Of a DNA stretch of 39,061 bases, positions 33,769-39,061 are shown in pieces (the stretch's first letter is position 1; each line of letters opens with the position of its first letter). The notes under the pieces were generated by a model, which was given only the letters and a program-made list of their open reading frames with translations, made no database searches and was not told the DNA's origin. Origin of the DNA: a virus (taxonomy: Duplodnaviria; Heunggongvirae; Uroviricota; Caudoviricetes); the IMG/VR virus record IMGVR_UViG_3300021431_000077, positions 1 to 39,061 of that record. One strand, given 5' to 3'. A program made the position numbers and the translations under genes.

Positions 33769-34506
33769 ATGAGCTGCGGATGTCACAACGGAATACCGAA
33801 CGAGATTTATGACAGGATGCCTTACATGAGGCAGACACCGACACATCGTCATTGCTGCCCTCCGCCTCCACCACTGTTCATGCCGTTCCAACCACCTCCT
33901 TGGTTTGGACCGTGCTTCCCGCCTCCGCCTAGACAGGCAGGCCCGTGGGAATACACCCCGTCGAGGATGTACCCAGGTCCTCCGCCATGTGGATGCGGAC
34001 CTCGCCCGCACATTCCTCCTCCGTACCCCCACTTTTGGCCGCATCCGTGGCACCAGCCTTATTTTGGCGGTCCGACCTTCCATTACCAGTGTATGCCTCA
34101 ACAGGCTCCTGTATGCGGCTGTATGGGCCCGATGATGCCTATGCCGCATCCTCCTCATGGTTGTGGATGCCATCCTAGACCTATCTGGCCGAATCCAATT
34201 GGCCCGATGCCGCCTATTCCACCGAGGCCGCTTCCGCCTCCTCCGCCAGACCCGCCTGAGATTGCTCTTCACCCGAAGCGCATCGTCGCTGCGGTTCCTA
34301 CGGAACATCATGATGCTACCATCGTGGAATACAGCAACGGTCATTTCGACGTGATTGCAAACGGATATGTTCCTGTTGGCGGTGGACGCAACAATGGACC
34401 GAAGTGCTGGCATGCTCAGGACATTCGTGGAGACATTTCCGATTCCGAAGGTCTCGATACGGTCAACTTCCAGTTTAACACTTCTGAAGCAGGCGCTAGT
34501 TTCTAA
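33769..34506 (+). CDS. Pro/Cys/His-rich low-complexity protein
   Basis: GAGGGG SD; stop overlaps next ATG (TAATG); repeated CGC and poly-Pro. Confidence 0.65.
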   Translation: MSCGCHNGIPNEIYDRMPYMRQTPTHRHCCPPPPPLFMPFQPPPWFGPCFPPPPRQAGPWEYTPSRMYPGPPPCGCGPRPHIPPPYPHFWPHPWHQPYFGGPTFHYQCMPQQAPVCGCMGPMMPMPHPPHGCGCHPRPIWPNPIGPMPPIPPRPLPPPPPDPPEIALHPKRIVAAVPTEHHDATIVEYSNGHFDVIANGYVPVGGGRNNGPKCWHAQDIRGDISDSEGLDTVNFQFNTSEAGASF

Positions 34507-34922
34507 TGGATAAGCATTCAACATTTGTCGATACTATCAAGCAGCTCGGGCTGGATGAAGCTATGTTCGAGTGTATTGCTGGTATTCACAAGGCATGCTT
34601 TGAACAGGTTGCGTTCGATGTCAATGCAAAGCCTAATCCAGAATCGCCTATCCCGTGGAGGCATACTGGCCAGATAAACCGACTTCCTAGCCTTATTGGT
34701 AAGAAGGAGGTTGGCTACGGCAATTTCAACTCGGAGTGGTTCCCAGAGAGCAGAGTGGCGACGACAGACCCGACGGTTAAGAACCTGATTGCCTCGTCAA
34801 AGGAGAGCCAGATGGGTTATCGGGTTGGAACATGGGGCGGACCTGGCCGCACGGTCCTCGGTAAGAGTTCGGCGCTGTCGAACGAAAACATCTGTGCGGA
34901 CACGAGTACGAGTCAGTCATAA
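34506..34922 (+). CDS. Hypothetical protein with shared N-terminal leader motif
   Basis: MDKHSTFVDTIKQLGLDEAMFECIAGIHKACFE. Confidence 0.7.
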   Translation: MDKHSTFVDTIKQLGLDEAMFECIAGIHKACFEQVAFDVNAKPNPESPIPWRHTGQINRLPSLIGKKEVGYGNFNSEWFPESRVATTDPTVKNLIASSKESQMGYRVGTWGGPGRTVLGKSSALSNENICADTSTSQS

Positions 34923-34925
34923 ATG

Positions 34926-34955
34926 AAAAAGCAATCGGAAATCCGATTGCTTTTC
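34926..34955. terminator. Bidirectional intrinsic terminator
   Basis: aaaagcaatcgga-aa-tccgattgctttt. Confidence 0.8.
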
Positions 34956-34973
34956 TGTTTCAAATGTTGTTCC

Positions 34974-35804
34974 TTATCGGTTCACATTTTCCATTATCTT
35001 GCAAAGAGATTCGAACTGAGACTTAGGAAGGTCCTTGTACTTGTACAGGAGGTTGGCACAACGGTTCTTGTATTCGTCAGTATACTTTGACATACCCTTC
35101 ATCTTGTCAACGGTTGCACGGAACTGCTTGATGGCATCCTTTGCGTTCTTGTCCCAGTCATCGCAGATGAACTTTGTGTTGACTGGAATATCAAGCTCGT
35201 CATAGCCAACCATATTGTTGTTCACGGCCTTCATCTTTTCCACCTTCACCTTGGTGACTGGCTGTATGTCCTTGACTTTCAGGAATTCTGGGTTGTTCTT
35301 TATTTTCGGAAACTTTTTCTCTTCGGTAGTGGGGTCAGTGACTGCGTTGATGATGTTTCTTGTTTGTCTAGGCTTTGCGACCTTTGAAACATTGTCGTTA
35401 AACATGTTCTTGACTTGGTTTGCCTTGTTGTCCCATGATTTTTCGTCGGAAGCGTCATTGCGGATTTTGGTGAGTTCTTCCTTGACGGTTTCTTTGATAG
35501 ATTCTGGAATGTCGGAATCGGTGACAACGCCGTTCTTCTTCATTACATCGGCTGCACCAGAAACCTTGGGTTTAAGAGCAGTCTCCTTGCTGGGCTTCAC
35601 TTCCTTGAAGTCCTTCTTTTCTTCGGTCTCGATGAACGATGCGCTTGCTGGGTCGTCTTCATCACCTCCATCAAACTTTTTTGCTTCGGGGGTCGCCTTC
35701 AATTCGACGGGCCTCATGAGGCTCGTGTAACTGCCGCAAGGGTCGTCTTCAGGAAGGTCGGCGACCAAGTCAAACAAATTCTTGTAGTCTTCAATGAATT
35801 TCAT
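34974..35804 (-). CDS. Lys/Asp-rich hypothetical protein
   Basis: ATG 35804 (MKFIEDYKNLFD...); TATAAACT at 35833-35840 on the minus strand. Confidence 0.7.
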   Translation of the reverse strand: MKFIEDYKNLFDLVADLPEDDPCGSYTSLMRPVELKATPEAKKFDGGDEDDPASASFIETEEKKDFKEVKPSKETALKPKVSGAADVMKKNGVVTDSDIPESIKETVKEELTKIRNDASDEKSWDNKANQVKNMFNDNVSKVAKPRQTRNIINAVTDPTTEEKKFPKIKNNPEFLKVKDIQPVTKVKVEKMKAVNNNMVGYDELDIPVNTKFICDDWDKNAKDAIKQFRATVDKMKGMSKYTDEYKNRCANLLYKYKDLPKSQFESLCKIMENVNR

Positions 35805-35912
35805 AATATACCGAGTGGTTATATTTACCAATAGTTTATAACCTTATTATGAATGCGGATATGGAAGTGACTGTATAAACTATATACGAAATCACAATTG
35901 TAGGATGCCATA

Positions 35913-36449
35913 ATGTCCAATCAAGTCGATATGTTTAAATACTATGCCTCTCAACTGAATTTGAGTAAGCCTCAGTTGGAAGCTGTCACGAATTGTTTTC
36001 AGGCTTGCTTTGAAGCTGATGAAACTGCAACAAACGCAGAGACTGGCACTGAGCCTAATGTCACTAAGCAGCCCGAGGAAGCCGCTCCGTCTGAAAACAG
36101 GCAGCAGAAGGGTTCTTTCCAAGATAACAACATGTGGAGTGATGTTCAGATGAAGGAACTGTTGAAGACCGACAATTCTCGTCTGAAGCAGATGATGAAC
36201 AACAGGGGTAGCAGGGGCGTTGCCAAGGTTAGCAAGGGTGACGAGAAGGCTATCATGAATGCTGGCCGTGATGTTGTCAACGGAAACTACCACAACATTG
36301 TTAACAATGAAGAGGCTCGTCAGCGTAACATTCGTTGGCAGAATTTCCTTAACAAGACGCTTGGACTCAATCTTGATGTCGATGGAAAGTGGGGCAAGGA
36401 AACCGCTGCTGCATATCAGCAGTATCTGGACTCCAAGAAACAGGCTTAA
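35913..36449 (+). CDS. Protein with shared N-terminal leader and C-terminal peptidoglycan-binding-like domain
   Basis: FKYYASQLNLSKPQLEAVTNCFQACFE; WQNFLN...LDVDGKWGKETAAAYQQY (PG_binding_1 pattern). Confidence 0.7.
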   Translation: MSNQVDMFKYYASQLNLSKPQLEAVTNCFQACFEADETATNAETGTEPNVTKQPEEAAPSENRQQKGSFQDNNMWSDVQMKELLKTDNSRLKQMMNNRGSRGVAKVSKGDEKAIMNAGRDVVNGNYHNIVNNEEARQRNIRWQNFLNKTLGLNLDVDGKWGKETAAAYQQYLDSKKQA

Positions 36450-36471
36450 TCAACTTCGCTTTAAATTAACG

Positions 36472-36500
36472 AAAAGCCCTTCCGATTGGAAGGGCTTTAT
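36472..36500. terminator. Bidirectional intrinsic terminator
   Basis: aaagcccttcc-gatt-ggaagggcttt. Confidence 0.8.
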
Positions 36501-36515
36501 TTTGATGAGTTCGAT

Positions 36516-37175
36516 TTATTGTACAGTCACATAGCTTCGGACCTGATATGTGCATTTTGCCATATCTGTCGTATTGGGACGGTTTTGCTTCACGAATCCA
36601 GAAAGGAGCATGCCGTCATAGAAGAAAGATAAGTCGGATTTGCGATTGCTGTTTCTGAAAGTCATTCCGATTACTTTTCCGTGACTGGAAATTGCGGCTC
36701 CGCTGAAACCACCTGGCAATCGGACATTCAATGCACGGGCGACATACTCAGGAAATGTCGAATCGGAAACGACCTTTGCGGGAAACGCCTGTGACTGGAC
36801 CTTGGGGTTGAACTCGTTGAACCCTGTTACTGTTACGGGTTCACCCGATTTTACAGCACGGTCTTCGATTTTGCATGCGTTAAGGAATACCTTGTTGTCA
36901 ACCTGTACGATAGCCAAGTTGACATATTCGTTCTTGGCTTTGTCAAACACGGTGTCTGCGGAGTATTCAACTCTTGCGATGATGGGGAGGCCGTTTACCA
37001 TCACGACGATGGAATCCAGTTTTTCGGATGCTCGTGCGACATCGCCTGATGTAACGATGTAGTGCTCGTTGAATGCGATGCCTGTACCGTATACCTTTGT
37101 TATTTTGTGCTTTTCCGTATCAGCGAACAGGGAGGTCGCAAGGATGCAGATTAAGAGGATGAGTGTTTGTTTCAT
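36516..37175 (-). CDS. Secreted trypsin-like protein, catalytic triad degenerate
   Basis: Signal peptide; GTGIAF, IVTSGDV (His missing), NLAIVQV (Asp to Asn), GFSGA. Confidence 0.7.
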   Translation of the reverse strand: MKQTLILLICILATSLFADTEKHKITKVYGTGIAFNEHYIVTSGDVARASEKLDSIVVMVNGLPIIARVEYSADTVFDKAKNEYVNLAIVQVDNKVFLNACKIEDRAVKSGEPVTVTGFNEFNPKVQSQAFPAKVVSDSTFPEYVARALNVRLPGGFSGAAISSHGKVIGMTFRNSNRKSDLSFFYDGMLLSGFVKQNRPNTTDMAKCTYQVRSYVTVQ

Positions 37176-37203
37176 GATGTACTCCTTTTGTGTTTACAGG
37201 TTT

Positions 37204-37232
37204 AATATACATAATTAAAAGCGAGCTGTCAA
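37204..37232 (-). promoter_or_regulatory. Sigma70-type promoter (minus strand)
   Basis: TTGACA-17 nt-TATATT on the reverse strand. Confidence 0.75.
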
Positions 37233-37282
37233 GATGTTTTTATAAAAAAAATATAAAAAAGTAACAAAATCTAATTTTTGAG

Positions 37283-37311
37283 TTGACAATAAATAAATAA
37301 TTAACTATATT
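37283..37311 (+). promoter_or_regulatory. Sigma70-type promoter (divergent partner)
   Basis: TTGACA-17 nt-TATATT. Confidence 0.75.
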
Positions 37312-37341
37312 CATAACACAACCAAACACAAAGGAAATATC

Positions 37342-37731
37342 ATGGCTGAAAAGAAAGAAAACTGCATTGATTGCAGTAAGGGTTACTATTCCATTGCGTT
37401 CTACTCCAAGACCGAAAATACTGAAACCGTCGATTCGTTCGTTCCTAAGGACGAAACGGATATGCATGATTACTTGAAGCGTACTATCGGTCACTTCTTT
37501 AGTAATTATTGCTCGACGGGTGATACCAGCATGGTAAAGAAGATGGAAGATTTGAAACTGTTTGACGGCTCTCCGCTTGCCCTGTCTCACGACAAGGTGT
37601 CGCTCGAATATCATTCGGGTACGGTCAAGTATTGGAGTGTCATGTTTGACTATTACATCTGCATAAACGGGTGCCCTGGTCACAAGGAAGCTGCTTATAT
37701 GCTTGTTCATGTTAAATGGAACAGGACTTGA
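37342..37731 (+). CDS. Hypothetical protein
   Basis: AAGGA SD, 129 aa. Confidence 0.7.
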   Translation: MAEKKENCIDCSKGYYSIAFYSKTENTETVDSFVPKDETDMHDYLKRTIGHFFSNYCSTGDTSMVKKMEDLKLFDGSPLALSHDKVSLEYHSGTVKYWSVMFDYYICINGCPGHKEAAYMLVHVKWNRT

Positions 37732-37790
37732 TGCTATGCAAGTCTTGCTAAAAATGTATTTTACTGATAGTTTGAAACTAATAGACTATC

Positions 37791-38846
37791 ATGAGTACAT
37801 TGAGCGTTTGCATCATTGCTAAGAATGAATCTGAGGTAATCGGACGGTGTCTTGACTGTGTAAAGTCGTTTGCCGACGAGATTGTAGTTGTTGATACTGG
37901 TTCTACCGACGACACAAAAGAAATTGCTTCCAAGTTCACCGACAAGGTGTTCGATTTTAAGTGGATAAATGATTTTGCCGCCGCAAGGAATTTCAGTTTC
38001 AGCAAGGCCACAATGGATTATGTCATGTGGTTGGACTGCGATGATATAATCGATGAGGCCAATCAGAAGGCGATACGTGATTGGAAAGATGCTGTCCCGT
38101 CGAATGATTGCGATACGTTCATGGCGAAATACGATGTCGGCGGTTCCATGACAACGATGGTAACTCGTATCATCAAAAGAGGTACATGCCAGTGGGAAGG
38201 TTTCGTTCACGAGTACCTCGCATCCACTTCAAAACGAATCTGTTTGGACTTTACAATCACCCACAGCAAGCCGACTTCAAGTGTAGAGCGTGATAGCGGA
38301 AGGAATCTGAGGATTTTCCAAGAGAAGCTGAAAGAAAATGTCCAGTTCAGTACAAGGGATATCCTATATTATGCGAAAGAACTGTATTGGAATGGGGACA
38401 ACGAGAATGCCAGTATATGGTTCAATAAATTCTTCGACCAGCCTAATGCGTGGGTAGAAGATAGAATAGAAGCGGCTCGTATGAAGGCTGACATTCTTGA
38501 AAAGGAAGGGAAGCTGGATGAAATGATAGGCTTCCTTTCACAATCAATTCTCAAGTATGGTATGAACAATCGCCTTCTGTACATGTGTGGATTGGGACTT
38601 TATCACGCAAAGAAATACCACGAGGCGACAATGTATTTCCTTGCGGTTGTAAACGGGTTGGGAACAAACAGCGAGTATTTTGCTGATAGCACGGACTACA
38701 CTTTCCTGAGTCTGGTTTGGCTCAGTTGTTGCTACTGGTATTCTGGCGACAAGGTTACAGGAAAGCGTTTCCACGAGATTGCCAAGGCGATGTACCCTCA
38801 GGCGCCAGTGATACAGACCAATGAACAGTTCTTTGGAGCTGTTTAG
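37791..38846 (+). CDS. Glycosyltransferase family 2 with TPR-like C-terminus
   Basis: LSVCIIAKNE, IVVVDTGSTDDT, FAAARN, WLDCDD, VHE. Confidence 0.88.
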   Translation: MSTLSVCIIAKNESEVIGRCLDCVKSFADEIVVVDTGSTDDTKEIASKFTDKVFDFKWINDFAAARNFSFSKATMDYVMWLDCDDIIDEANQKAIRDWKDAVPSNDCDTFMAKYDVGGSMTTMVTRIIKRGTCQWEGFVHEYLASTSKRICLDFTITHSKPTSSVERDSGRNLRIFQEKLKENVQFSTRDILYYAKELYWNGDNENASIWFNKFFDQPNAWVEDRIEAARMKADILEKEGKLDEMIGFLSQSILKYGMNNRLLYMCGLGLYHAKKYHEATMYFLAVVNGLGTNSEYFADSTDYTFLSLVWLSCCYWYSGDKVTGKRFHEIAKAMYPQAPVIQTNEQFFGAV

Positions 38847-39034
38847 GCGGTAAGCAGTTTAATTTCGTCGTCAGTGTAGCTCAACCAAGTAGGCTTCCAG
38901 TTTTCAAGGAGGCCTTCTTCTTTTAGCGTTTTTAGCAGGGCTGACATTGGAATCAGCTTATGCACTGGGTTGAACACGTATGTGTTCTCCGTGCTTGAAT
39001 CCAGAACACATGTATCGTCATCGTTGAATGTCAA
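38843..39034 (-). CDS. Small hypothetical protein
   Basis: 63-aa ORF with TTG start at the window edge, convergent with the GT2 gene. Confidence 0.35.
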   Translation of the reverse strand: MTFNDDDTCVLDSSTENTYVFNPVHKLIPMSALLKTLKEEGLLENWKPTWLSYTDDEIKLLTA

Positions 39035-39061
39035 TACATAAAAGCATTCGTTTTTGGGGCC

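Noticed and set aside
33688-34524. 278-aa Arg-rich minus-strand ORF
   Set aside because: It is the antisense consequence of the Pro-rich plus-strand gene and has no SD or promoter support.

Overview
This window is a fragment of a large tailed (T4-like/jumbo myovirus-type) phage genome in the standard genetic code. The left part (1-19047) holds structural and accessory genes. These include a >=900-aa minus-strand ORF missing from the supplied track, a ~1225-aa virion-type protein, translation initiation factor IF3, an AAA+ ATPase, a gp14-like neck protein, an amidase-SH3 endolysin, a SprT-like protease and a metallophosphoesterase. The centre (19073-28791) is a ~9.7-kb RNA operon with 34 conventional-size tRNA genes covering all 20 amino acids, none with encoded CCA. 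It also holds a Ro60/Rsr (TROVE-vWA) gene and many structured non-coding spacers. The right part holds an NAD+-dependent DNA ligase split into two genes around a trypsin-like protease gene, dUTPase, a Pro/Cys-rich protein and a GT2 glycosyltransferase. The most striking signal is a family of seven related RNA modules upstream of Ro60. Two are free Y-RNA-like hairpins (23786, 24006). Five carry the same module circularly permuted inside tRNA or tRNA-like bodies (23865, 24098, 26406, 26631, 26801). In two of these, excising the module restores a perfect tRNA-Asn or tRNA-Cys anticodon arm. All calls were made by eye, with no database searches or folding programs.
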